From assembly GCA_963711735.1 (NCBI GenBank), contig CAVQFA010000003.1, positions 210,971 through 274,970 on the forward strand: 64,000 nt of DNA, written 5' to 3'. Position numbers and translations under genes: made by a program. The notes below the pieces were generated by a model. That model searched no databases. It was not told the origin of the DNA and saw only the letters and a list, made by a program, of their open reading frames with translations. How positions within the stretch are numbered: position 1 is the stretch's first letter; every line of letters begins with the position of its first letter. Shown here piece after piece: positions 17,911-26,631 of the stretch. This stretch comes from Candidatus Gottesmanbacteria bacterium (lineage in GTDB: Bacteria; Patescibacteriota; Microgenomatia; UBA10105; UBA927).

Positions 17911-18321
17911 ATGCTGCAGGGATTTAAGCAATTTATATTGAAAGGTAATGTCGTCGATCTGGCTGTGGGCATTGTCATAGGTGTTGCGTTCGGGAATGTC
18001 GTATCGGCACTCGTTAAGGATCTCATAACACCGTTTATCGCCGCAATCGGCGGAAATCCCAATTTTTCCTCGATATATTTTACGATCAACAGGAGCAAAT
18101 TCATGATAGGGGATTTTCTGAACGCTTTGATATCATTTCTGATCAATGCGGCCGTTATGTATTTTTTTGTGGTTCTACCCATGAATAAGCTGATTTCCTT
18201 AACCAGGAAACAAAAACCGGTTGATCCGACGACCAAAAAATGCCCTGAATGTTTAAGCGTTATTCCCATTGATGCCAAACGATGTGCGTACTGCACCTCA
18301 GTCCAACATCCTTCGAAATAA
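17911..18321 (+). CDS. mscL: Large-conductance mechanosensitive channel with C-terminal Zn-ribbon
   Basis: FKQFILKGNVVDLAVGIVIG; tail CPECLS...CAYC. Confidence 0.95.
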   Translation: MLQGFKQFILKGNVVDLAVGIVIGVAFGNVVSALVKDLITPFIAAIGGNPNFSSIYFTINRSKFMIGDFLNALISFLINAAVMYFFVVLPMNKLISLTRKQKPVDPTTKKCPECLSVIPIDAKRCAYCTSVQHPSK

Positions 18322-18388
18322 ACTTCATAATCCGGATTTCAGACCTGTTGATATAAAAAATATTCATGTTACGGACACAAAGAACCTG

Positions 18389-18456
18389 TATATTGCAATA
18401 TATGCAATACATACAACTAATTGCTAATTGACAAATAGGTGTAATGTGTGTACTAT
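18389..18456 (+). promoter_or_regulatory. Palindromic site and canonical sigma70 promoter
   Basis: 14-bp palindrome TATATTGCAATATA; TTGACA-N17-TACTAT. Confidence 0.65.
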
Positions 18457-18483
18457 GTATATAGGGTCTGAAAGAAGATCGGT

Positions 18484-18780
18484 ATGATTCAAAAAAATAC
18501 TTTTACAAAAAAAGATTTAAAACACAGACTTACTGCTTTTATTGAACCGGATCTCGTTAAACGGGCAAAAGTCCGGGGAGCACTGGAAGGACTCACAATA
18601 TCCCAGATAGTAGAAAAAGCACTGGATGCATACGCACCGAAGTTAGAAAAGGGTAAAGATAAGCAAATAAACGTTCGATTTTCTACCTACCACGCAATTA
18701 ACGCACCGATTTCTGAAATAAGCATGAAACAGATTGAAATGGTTCCGAAACACACCAAGGCGCTGGTAGTGCCCCGATAA
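18484..18780 (+). CDS. Ribbon-helix-helix DNA-binding protein
   Basis: RLTAFIEPDLVKRAKVRGALEGLTISQIVEKALDAY. Confidence 0.75.
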   Translation: MIQKNTFTKKDLKHRLTAFIEPDLVKRAKVRGALEGLTISQIVEKALDAYAPKLEKGKDKQINVRFSTYHAINAPISEISMKQIEMVPKHTKALVVPR

Positions 18781-18984
18781 TTTAAAAGTAACAGATTTAC
18801 AGGCAAAAATCTGTTTAAATCCGATTATAGGTTTTATGCCAAGCTTGAGATATAGATAGCCCAACCTAACATATAATTTCTATCTTTTTTAAGCTTCAAC
18901 ATATTACAACTTCTCATTTAGACAGATTTTTGAACGTAATTATTCTTAGCAAAGATAAGCAGACGTTCGTTCATAGGCAAATAT

Positions 18985-19614
18985 ATGTTACAACCGTTTC
19001 AATCATTATATGTACGTCATAATGCAGATTTACCAATACCGGATGACGGAGAGAATAAAGATACTCATTATGCCTCAAAAAAGCTCTATACACAGAGCCA
19101 AGTAGATGCTTTACGAAAAGATCGGAACGATGGTTTTTCATCTCAGGCAAAAGAAATAGAAGAAGAGAGTCAGATAGCAGGTAAACAAAAAAGAATGGAC
19201 AACAGAACTGTCGCAAATTTAGTCAGAAAATCAAACAGAATATTGGTAAGTATATCCTCGCATGCTTTTCCTATAGATCTTTTTCCGGACACCATTAATG
19301 TTGAAGAGGGAAGAATCACGATAATAAACCGCCATCTGTTTTCTTCCGAAGTACACAGTATTGATATAAGAGATATTTCGAACATATTTATTAACACTTC
19401 GATCATTTTTTCACAATTGGTAATCATTTCCAGAACTTTTGAAGATAATGAAATCAGAATGAAAAATCTGAAAACCGGGGAAGCAGTATTTATCCGGAGA
19501 ATTATTGAGGGTTTAAGGATTTTCGAAAATAAACGCATAGATACATCAGGTTTTACAAAAGAAGAACTTATACGTAAACTCGAGCAATTAAGTACGACAG
19601 ATATAGTGACGTAA
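18985..19614 (+). CDS. Hypothetical protein (possible bacterial PH-like domain; start uncertain)
   Basis: Long ORF with beta-rich C-terminal half. Confidence 0.55.
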   Translation: MLQPFQSLYVRHNADLPIPDDGENKDTHYASKKLYTQSQVDALRKDRNDGFSSQAKEIEEESQIAGKQKRMDNRTVANLVRKSNRILVSISSHAFPIDLFPDTINVEEGRITIINRHLFSSEVHSIDIRDISNIFINTSIIFSQLVIISRTFEDNEIRMKNLKTGEAVFIRRIIEGLRIFENKRIDTSGFTKEELIRKLEQLSTTDIVT

Positions 19615-19636
19615 CATTGAACGGAGGTGAAGATAC

Positions 19637-20035
19637 ATGGCAGAAATTGTAAAAGAAACGGTAACTACCCAAAATGACAACACTAAAACCGTAGAAGTTC
19701 CTCCTGTGGTTAAACTCGCAACCAGTTCTCAGACAATAGAATATTTAGTCTATTTCTTTTTTGGAGCGCTGGAAATACTCCTGGCATTCCGTCTTATTCT
19801 TAAGCTGACGGGAGCAAGCATGTCAAGCGCATTCGTGGGATTAATCTACGGATTAACCGGCGTTTTTATCCTACCTTTTGAAGGAATATTCCGCAGGGGA
19901 TTTGCACAGGGTGTAGAAACAACGTCAATTTTTGAGCCGTCAACACTGGTTGCAATCATTGTGTACAGTGTTTTGGCTTGGGGAATAGTAAAACTTATCC
20001 GGGTACTATCCGGTGAACAACAGCAAACAGATTAA
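19637..20035 (+). CDS. YggT-like membrane protein
   Basis: Strong SD GGAGGTGA; LLAFRLILKL.GA...PFEGIF. Confidence 0.75.
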   Translation: MAEIVKETVTTQNDNTKTVEVPPVVKLATSSQTIEYLVYFFFGALEILLAFRLILKLTGASMSSAFVGLIYGLTGVFILPFEGIFRRGFAQGVETTSIFEPSTLVAIIVYSVLAWGIVKLIRVLSGEQQQTD

Positions 20036-20087
20036 CATGTTTGTTGTTGTTGGTTTGAGGAAAAGTTTATGAAGGGAAGTGAGAAAT

Positions 20088-20234
20088 ATGGGACTTTTGG
20101 ATATCATTATACTCGTGTTAATTATTGCATGGTTGGGAGGATTTTCTCTCGGAATCGGAGGGGGGATAATACATTTACTGCTTGTTATTGCGGTGATTGT
20201 TCTTGTTGCCCGTCTTTTGGGTGTGCGTGTGTAA
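20088..20234 (+). CDS. Small membrane protein (lmo0937/DUF5670-like)
   Basis: Manual translation MGLLDIIILVLIIAWLGGFSLGIGGGIIHLLLVIAVIVLVARLLGVRV; below ORF-track cutoff. Confidence 0.8.
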   Translation: MGLLDIIILVLIIAWLGGFSLGIGGGIIHLLLVIAVIVLVARLLGVRV

Positions 20235-20265
20235 TACCTGTTTTTTGTTAAGGAGGTGAACATAT

Positions 20266-20409
20266 ATGAATCTTTCTTTTTCTAATTTAAGCCCGTTGGC
20301 ATCATTGGTATTCGGTATATTAATCCTGATATTCCCGAAATTCCTGAATTATCTCATTGCCGTATATCTTATCCTTGTCGGTATTATCGGACTCGGAATA
20401 CTGCGATAA
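20266..20409 (+). CDS. Small membrane protein (DUF3096-like)
   Basis: SD AGGAGGTGA; GILILIFPKFLNYLIAVYLILVGIIGL. Confidence 0.8.
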   Translation: MNLSFSNLSPLASLVFGILILIFPKFLNYLIAVYLILVGIIGLGILR

Positions 20410-20522
20410 TATAAATTCGGAGTAATACATGGCAGGTGACAGGAAATAATTATATTCCGTCTACGGAGTAATCCTATAGTAGTTGTTGACTATTTTCTTC
20501 TTATCTGTTATATTGCATGAAT

Positions 20523-20693
20523 CAGCAGATGAAAGAAATGCATCTGCTTAATTTGAAAAACCGTTATCAGAGACGTTAGATAAAGATAGCCGCATAAAGC
20601 TTCATATTTTTTATTGAACCCCTATCTTGTCCTTCTCAATTTAACACCTATTAATTTAAGCAGTTTCATTTCTTTTATCTGAAGCAGTATTTT
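20523..20693 (+). promoter_or_regulatory. Structured 5' leader of the DEAD-box helicase gene
   Basis: Promoter TTGACT-N17-TATATT upstream; 20526-20551 can pair with 20656-20681 (24/26 including one G.U). Confidence 0.6.
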
Positions 20694-21878
20694 ATGAGAC
20701 CATACTACCATCCAAAACGAACGTTTAACCGTCATGCGGTACACACAAGCGGACACGCCGACGGGTCCGTTCTTGCAGCAATCCGCGCTTCCACCCGGGA
20801 GTCTCAAAAAACCCAGGCAGTAACAGATGAAGTATATAAACCGGTGCATAGTTTCAGCGATTTTTCCATCTCGCAAACACTGCTTGGAAATATAAACACG
20901 AAAGGATACCTTATTCCGACTCCCATACAGGATGAGGCTATACCGCTCATTCTTTCAGGGCGTGACCTTGTCGGTGTTGCCAATACTGGTACCGGTAAAA
21001 CGGGCGCGTTTCTCATACCAATGATAGAAAAAATATCCCGGGACAGAAACCAGAGGGTACTTATCGTTACGCCCACACGCGAGCTTGCCCTCCAGATAGG
21101 AGAAGAGCTCCGGGGATTCGGGAGAGGTCTCGGGATACGTTACGCCATGATTATCGGTGGGGCAAGCGCCTGGCGTCAGAGACAGGATATCCGTGCCGGG
21201 GCTCACGTCGTCATCGGTACACCCGGAAGGCTCAAGGACCTCATCCGCGAAAAAATTCTCTCGATGTCGCAATTCCGTAATGTCATATTGGATGAAGCAG
21301 ACCGTATGGTAGATATCGGTTTTATACATGATATTACATATTTCATTTCACTTCTTCCGAAAGAGCGTCAGTCACTGTTTTTTTCGGCGACCATATCAGG
21401 GAAAACATCGCTTATCCTTTCGGATTTCGTGAAGGACCCGGTGACGGTTTCGGTTAAAAAACACGATACGGTTCGCGGGATTTCACAGAACATCATTGAA
21501 GTTGCCCGCGGCAAGGAAAAGATTGATCACCTGCATGATCTTCTTGTCCGAAAAGAATTTGATAAAGTGCTTATTTTCGGCAGAACCAAATGGGGAGTCG
21601 AGCGGCTTGCCAATGAGCTTATTGCCCGCGGATTTAAAGCAGCTGCAATTCACGGTAACAAACGTCAGAGCCAGCGCCAGCATACACTGGATCAGTTTAA
21701 ACGGGACGAAATTCAGATACTATTGGCAACAGATGTAGCATCACGGGGATTGGATATACATAACGTCAGTCATGTCATAAATTACGATATACCCCAGACG
21801 TATGATGATTATATTCACCGCATCGGGAGAACCGGAAGAGCAAACAAAACAGGTATTGCGCTCACGTTTGTTGGTTAA
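20694..21878 (+). CDS. DEAD-box RNA helicase
   Basis: PTPIQ, ANTGTGKT, PTRELA, DEAD, SAT, HRIGRTGR. Confidence 0.95.
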   Translation: MRPYYHPKRTFNRHAVHTSGHADGSVLAAIRASTRESQKTQAVTDEVYKPVHSFSDFSISQTLLGNINTKGYLIPTPIQDEAIPLILSGRDLVGVANTGTGKTGAFLIPMIEKISRDRNQRVLIVTPTRELALQIGEELRGFGRGLGIRYAMIIGGASAWRQRQDIRAGAHVVIGTPGRLKDLIREKILSMSQFRNVILDEADRMVDIGFIHDITYFISLLPKERQSLFFSATISGKTSLILSDFVKDPVTVSVKKHDTVRGISQNIIEVARGKEKIDHLHDLLVRKEFDKVLIFGRTKWGVERLANELIARGFKAAAIHGNKRQSQRQHTLDQFKRDEIQILLATDVASRGLDIHNVSHVINYDIPQTYDDYIHRIGRTGRANKTGIALTFVG

Positions 21879-21920
21879 TTCGTTTTATTTCCCCGTACAG
21901 AACCCCTCCGGCATGCAGGT

Positions 21921-21955
21921 TTATCATCTTGTTTTCATAATAGGCAGTATATAGT
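21921..21955 (+). promoter_or_regulatory. OmpR-type box (TTCTCAT class) plus -10
   Basis: TTATCAT-CTTG-TTTTCAT-N11-TATAGT. Confidence 0.65.
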
Positions 21956-21957
21956 GT

Positions 21958-23028
21958 ATGTATCATATGGGTAAATTACTGAAAATATCGGTAATAGCGT
22001 GCATTGTAATCGTGATATCGGCATTCGGATACCGTATGGTAGGAAATGGTATATCCGGAAATTCTGCACAAAAAGACACACGGGGAATTTCATCACCGGT
22101 GACTTCCGCAACTGTCTATCCTCTCAGTATAGAAGCTATGCGCACCCGAATATTCCGGGGCAGTGATATCACGATCGAAAAAACCTTATCTCCCGGATCT
22201 AATTACAATCAATACATTGTTTCCTATGTATCAGACGGTCTTAAAATTTACGGACTGCTGACTGTACCCGGAGGTAAAATACCCCCTTCAGGGTGGCCGG
22301 TTATTATATTTAACCACGGATATATACCACCGCAGGTATACAGAACTACGGAGCGTTACGTAGCATACGTAGACAGTTTAGCCAGGAGCGGGTATATCGT
22401 TTTTAAACCGGATTACCGCGGAAACGGCAGTTCTCAGGGACAACCGGAAGGAGCTTATTATTCACCCGCATATACAACGGATGTTTTGAATGCAGTTGCC
22501 TCCATCAAGCGTTTCGGAGATGCTGATCCCAATAAAATCGGCATGTGGGGTCATTCAATGGGGGGGAATATAACTCTCCGCAGCGTAGTCGTATCCCGTG
22601 ACATAAAAGTTGCCGTCATATGGGGAGGAGTCGTCGGATCGTACGAAGACCTCATGAATAACTGGCAGCGGAATGTTACCTACCGCCCGCCGCCCGAGGA
22701 ACTGGCGCTTCGCAACAGAAATCGTGAAAATTTTATAAAACAATACGGTACGCCGGAGACTAATCCGAACTTCTGGCATTCCGTAGATCCGACCTATTTT
22801 ATCCCGGATATTACTGCACCAATACAGCTTCATCATGGTTTGTCCGATGAGGAAGTACCCGCAGCGTTTTCACAGTCCCTGTATGAGAAGCTGAAAAGTT
22901 CCGGAAAAACAGCGGAATATTTTTCTTATCCCGGTGCGGATCATAATATATCCGGATCACCGTTTTCCGTTGCCATGAATCGGACAATAACATTTTTCAA
23001 CACATATCTGAAGGGAGAAAAACCCTGA
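21958..23028 (+). CDS. Exported alpha/beta hydrolase, paralog of 16773
   Basis: GWPVIIFNHGYIPP, GMWGHSMGG, DEEVP, DHN. Confidence 0.9.
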   Translation: MYHMGKLLKISVIACIVIVISAFGYRMVGNGISGNSAQKDTRGISSPVTSATVYPLSIEAMRTRIFRGSDITIEKTLSPGSNYNQYIVSYVSDGLKIYGLLTVPGGKIPPSGWPVIIFNHGYIPPQVYRTTERYVAYVDSLARSGYIVFKPDYRGNGSSQGQPEGAYYSPAYTTDVLNAVASIKRFGDADPNKIGMWGHSMGGNITLRSVVVSRDIKVAVIWGGVVGSYEDLMNNWQRNVTYRPPPEELALRNRNRENFIKQYGTPETNPNFWHSVDPTYFIPDITAPIQLHHGLSDEEVPAAFSQSLYEKLKSSGKTAEYFSYPGADHNISGSPFSVAMNRTITFFNTYLKGEKP

Positions 23029-23049
23029 AAGAATTGTTTAATGATTTAT

Positions 23050-23628
23050 TTATAGGAGTTTGAGAACCTTCCACCAATTGTTTATATATTCGGCACGTCT
23101 GTTCTGATAGGAAAGGTAATACGCGTGCTCCCACACATCAAGTCCGATAAGCGGTGTATGTCCCAAAGTATACGGAGAATCCTGATTGGGGAGAGAATAT
23201 ATTTCCAGTTCGTTATGGCTATCTTCCGTAAGCCATGCCCATCCGCTGCCGAAATGATTGACGGCAGTATCGGTAAACAGTTTTTTGAACGAATCGACTG
23301 ATCCGAAATGACCGTTTATTTTTTTTATTAACTGAAGATCAGGTGTTTTGAGAGACCCCATAACAGACCAGAAAAACGTATGGTTGACGTGACCGCCCGC
23401 ATTATTACGGATTCCTATTCTGTCTTTTTCGTCAACGGAAAGAGATTTGATGTTTTTCAACATATCTTCCGGCTTCATTGATTCCAATTTCGGATATTTC
23501 TTCAGTATTACATTCAGTTTGTCTATGTATGCCTGGTGATGTTTGGTATAGTGGATTTCCATTGTCTTTGCATCAACGTACGGTTCCAATGCGTCAAACT
23601 GAAACGGCAGTTTTGGTAAAGTAATCAT
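23050..23628 (-). CDS. sodA: Fe/Mn superoxide dismutase
   Basis: HYTKHHQAY, GGHVNH, FGSGWAWL, DVWEHAYY; SD AAGGAGGT before ATG 23628. Confidence 0.95.
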   Translation of the reverse strand: MITLPKLPFQFDALEPYVDAKTMEIHYTKHHQAYIDKLNVILKKYPKLESMKPEDMLKNIKSLSVDEKDRIGIRNNAGGHVNHTFFWSVMGSLKTPDLQLIKKINGHFGSVDSFKKLFTDTAVNHFGSGWAWLTEDSHNELEIYSLPNQDSPYTLGHTPLIGLDVWEHAYYLSYQNRRAEYINNWWKVLKLL

Positions 23629-23662
23629 AAATACCTCCTTTAGAAAAATTTGAGAACAACGT

Positions 23663-23776
23663 AGTATAGAATATCCGATATGAGAGGAATATGAGAAGCT
23701 GAACGAAGATAAAAGGATTATGAAAATCCTTGGAAATAACACTCTCATTTTATTCTCATAATTTTTCCACTATAAT
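23663..23776. promoter_or_regulatory. Divergent promoters for sodA and the TCS, each with a TTCTCAT box
   Basis: Minus: TTCTCAT-ATTC-CTCTCAT-N11-TATACT; plus: CTCTCAT-TTTA-TTCTCAT-N11-TATAAT. Confidence 0.75.
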
Positions 23777-23783
23777 ACGCACC

Positions 23784-24464
23784 ATGCAGATACTCATTAT
23801 CGAGGATGAAAATAAGATAGCCAATTTTCTCCGGCGCGGACTTCTGGAGGAAAGTTATGCTGTTGATATCGCATCAGACGGAGAGGATGCTTTGTATAAA
23901 TTTGATATCAATGAATACGACCTTATCGTTCTGGATCTGATGATTCCCAAAGTTGACGGCATCCAGGTATGCCGGACAATACGGCAGAAAAATCCCCATA
24001 TACCGATTCTCATGCTGACGGCAAAAGACGCTGTTGAGGATAAGGTGGCGGGACTTGATGCCGGTGCGGATGATTACGTGACAAAACCATTTTCATTTAC
24101 GGAATTGAGCGCCCGGATAAGGGCACTCCTCCGGAGAGGCAACAAATCCGATCCGGTACTTCTCGCTATTGATGATCTGACTTTAAATCCCGCAACCCAC
24201 ATCGCAATAAGAGGTACTACGTCCATAACGTTAACGTCCCGCGAATATGCTCTTCTGGAATATTTCATGAGAAATCAGAACGTCGTTCTCACCAAGTCGC
24301 AACTATTGGAGCATGTGTGGGATTATAATTATGACGGCCTGTCGAATATCGTAGAGACATATGTTAAATACCTCCGCCAGAAAATCAGCGTCAGTTCTAA
24401 AAGCAAGGATCTTATACATACCCTTCGGGGATCGGGATATATCATGAAGGTGGAAGATGTATAA
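23784..24464 (+). CDS. OmpR family response regulator (TCS-1)
   Basis: ILIIEDE, DLMIP, GADDYVTKPF, wHTH TLRGSGY. Confidence 0.95.
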   Translation: MQILIIEDENKIANFLRRGLLEESYAVDIASDGEDALYKFDINEYDLIVLDLMIPKVDGIQVCRTIRQKNPHIPILMLTAKDAVEDKVAGLDAGADDYVTKPFSFTELSARIRALLRRGNKSDPVLLAIDDLTLNPATHIAIRGTTSITLTSREYALLEYFMRNQNVVLTKSQLLEHVWDYNYDGLSNIVETYVKYLRQKISVSSKSKDLIHTLRGSGYIMKVEDV

Positions 24465-25479
24465 ACGCGCAAGAATTAAGCTGACCATCATTTATTCTCT
24501 CATCTTTTTTGTACTCTTTTGGATCATGAGTTTAGGGTTATGTATGTGGTTCTCCCAGTCATTGGGAACAGGATACATAACTGAAGTGAAACAAAGACAT
24601 CTTCGTACGTCGTTTCCTGAAGAATTCGGCTCGCAAAATACCGTAGTGGTTCAGATTGCAGGAAGTGTGGCATACGAGGAGTTACGGAATATAATCCTCA
24701 TACTCAACGGTATATTGATTATTGTTGTACCTTCTTTGGGATGGTTATTGACAGGAAGTACATTACGTCCTATCGAAATAGCAGGTGACCTGCAAAGACA
24801 ATTTGTATCGGATGCTTCGCATGAAATGCGGACACCGTTGTCTATTATGCGGGGCGAAATGGATGTGGCACTCGCGAAGAGCCGGACGGCAATGGAGTAT
24901 AAGAAGACAATTGTAAGCTCCAAAGAAGAAGTAGAACGACTGTCGAGATTGATCGAAAATCTCATATTTTTAGCACGGGGTGATCAGGGTAGGCAATACA
25001 TAAAATTTCAGGATATAGACATTACGGACCTCATCAGTTCAATAGTAAGTAAATTCAATTTAAAGATCAGTGAAAAAAAGCTCAAAGTGACATTTGTACC
25101 TCCCGACGAAGAAATAATCGTAAAAGGACAAACGTCCATGATGTGGACGCTTTTCTCAAATATCATCGATAACGCCGTAAAATATTCCTTTAACAAAGGT
25201 ATTGTCCGGATTGCCATAATCCGCTCCGATCATTACGCAGTTATATCAGTCAAAGACTCAGGAATAGGAATAAGCAGGGAAGATCAGGAAAAAATATTTA
25301 ACCGGTTTTATCGGGGAGATCCTTCACGGTCAACAACAAAAGGGTACGGATTGGGTTTGGCGATAGTCAGGTCTATAGTAGCCCTCCATAAAGGGAAAAT
25401 TGCCGTCCATTCAACACCCGGCAACGGTACAACGTTTACCGTCTATTTGCCTTATACCAGAAATAATTCTTTTTCATAA
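24457..25479 (+). CDS. Sensor histidine kinase (TCS-1)
   Basis: Two TMs, ASHEMRTPL, NAVKY, DSGIG, GLGL. Confidence 0.95.
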   Translation: MYKRARIKLTIIYSLIFFVLFWIMSLGLCMWFSQSLGTGYITEVKQRHLRTSFPEEFGSQNTVVVQIAGSVAYEELRNIILILNGILIIVVPSLGWLLTGSTLRPIEIAGDLQRQFVSDASHEMRTPLSIMRGEMDVALAKSRTAMEYKKTIVSSKEEVERLSRLIENLIFLARGDQGRQYIKFQDIDITDLISSIVSKFNLKISEKKLKVTFVPPDEEIIVKGQTSMMWTLFSNIIDNAVKYSFNKGIVRIAIIRSDHYAVISVKDSGIGISREDQEKIFNRFYRGDPSRSTTKGYGLGLAIVRSIVALHKGKIAVHSTPGNGTTFTVYLPYTRNNSFS

Positions 25480-25570
25480 TTCTCCCACCTCATTTTCATA
25501 CAGATTTCCTATAATATCCGTGTTTGTTACAAAAGAACCATTAGATTTTCAGAAATAATAAGGAGACATT

Positions 25571-26020
25571 ATGCAGACAGTCAATTTTTCTCTTCCTGAT
25601 CAGAACGGAAACATGCATACACTGTCGGATTATAAAGGCAAGTGGGTTATCGTCTATTTTTATCCTAAAGACGATACGCCGGGTTGCACCCGGGAAGCAT
25701 GTGGTTTTCGTGATGTGAGTTTGGTATTTAAAGAAAAAAACGCAGTCATTCTCGGAATATCAAAAGACAGTGTGGCATCACATAAAAAATTCGCCGAAAA
25801 ATACCATCTGAACTTTCCGATATTATCGGACACTGAGAAAAAAATTATCCGGGCGTATCACGCCTGGGGCGAGAAAAAATTCTTAGGAAAAACTTTCGAA
25901 GGGACTATCAGAATAAGCTATCTTATCAACCCGGAAGGAAAAATACAGAAAGAGTATCCGCACGTAAACCCTCTCACTCATGCAGAGGAAATTCTTACCG
26001 ATATAAAAACGTTAAAATGA
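25571..26020 (+). CDS. bcp: Peroxiredoxin Q / Bcp
   Basis: YFYPKDDTPGCTREAC; upstream box TTTTCAT/CTCCCAC/TTTTCAT-N10-TATAAT. Confidence 0.95.
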   Translation: MQTVNFSLPDQNGNMHTLSDYKGKWVIVYFYPKDDTPGCTREACGFRDVSLVFKEKNAVILGISKDSVASHKKFAEKYHLNFPILSDTEKKIIRAYHAWGEKKFLGKTFEGTIRISYLINPEGKIQKEYPHVNPLTHAEEILTDIKTLK

Positions 26021-26133
26021 ATCTCCCATAGCATTTTCATCACAATCTCATGGGTGATATTGTAAGATGCATTCATCAGAAAATGAGCGTATTTTGGGAA
26101 GCATTTACGCAGTATTCAGAAAGGAGAGTATAT

Positions 26134-26316
26134 ATGGAATTACATGATCATAAAGGAGATTCAATGGTAGTTTGGGTATGGCATGAAGGAGAATGGCATA
26201 AAGTCATACTGACCGGTGATCATGGCGTTGAAGACGAAGAAGATGTAGATCAGCTCATGTCACAGGAGCAATTCTTTCAGATGGCGCGGAATAATGCGAA
26301 AAAAACCGTCAACTAA
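26134..26316 (+). CDS. Small acidic hypothetical protein
   Basis: SD AAGGAG; upstream triple box CTCCCAT/TTTTCAT/ATCTCAT-N11-TAAGAT. Confidence 0.65.
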   Translation: MELHDHKGDSMVVWVWHEGEWHKVILTGDHGVEDEEDVDQLMSQEQFFQMARNNAKKTVN

Positions 26317-26396
26317 TTTTTTGTTTTCTCACTTTTCTCATAACACTTTTATTTTCATATCACGGTATTTTCATAATCAATGCACTACACTGACTC

Positions 26397-26528
26397 CACT
26401 GACAGCTGTCAGATTTTGAGCAGAGTGAAAGGGGGTACAGCCAATGTAAAAAGATTCCTTTCTTACCACACCAGTTCAGCCTTAAAAAGTGAAACGGGAG
26501 GCACGGTCAGCCCCGTTTTACTTTTTTT
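26397..26528 (+). ncRNA. Candidate small RNA (~130 nt)
   Basis: Box TTTTCAT-N11-TACACT upstream, intrinsic terminator downstream, no credible ORF inside. Confidence 0.45.
26484..26528 (+). terminator. Intrinsic terminator (possibly bidirectional)
   Basis: AAAAAGTGAAACGGG...CCCGTTTTACTTTTTTT. Confidence 0.7.
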
Positions 26529-26631
26529 CTCCGGTAAACTTCACGGATATCAACACTCACTCACACCTACATGTAATATTGAATGAACTGTTGTATCAGA
26601 CAGAATGCATTCGTACGGATATATTTGTATA

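Noticed and set aside
23629-23783. N-terminal extensions of sodA and the response regulator in the ORF track
   Set aside because: They overlap the promoters and boxes; SD/-10 positions and domain starts favour 23628 and 23784.
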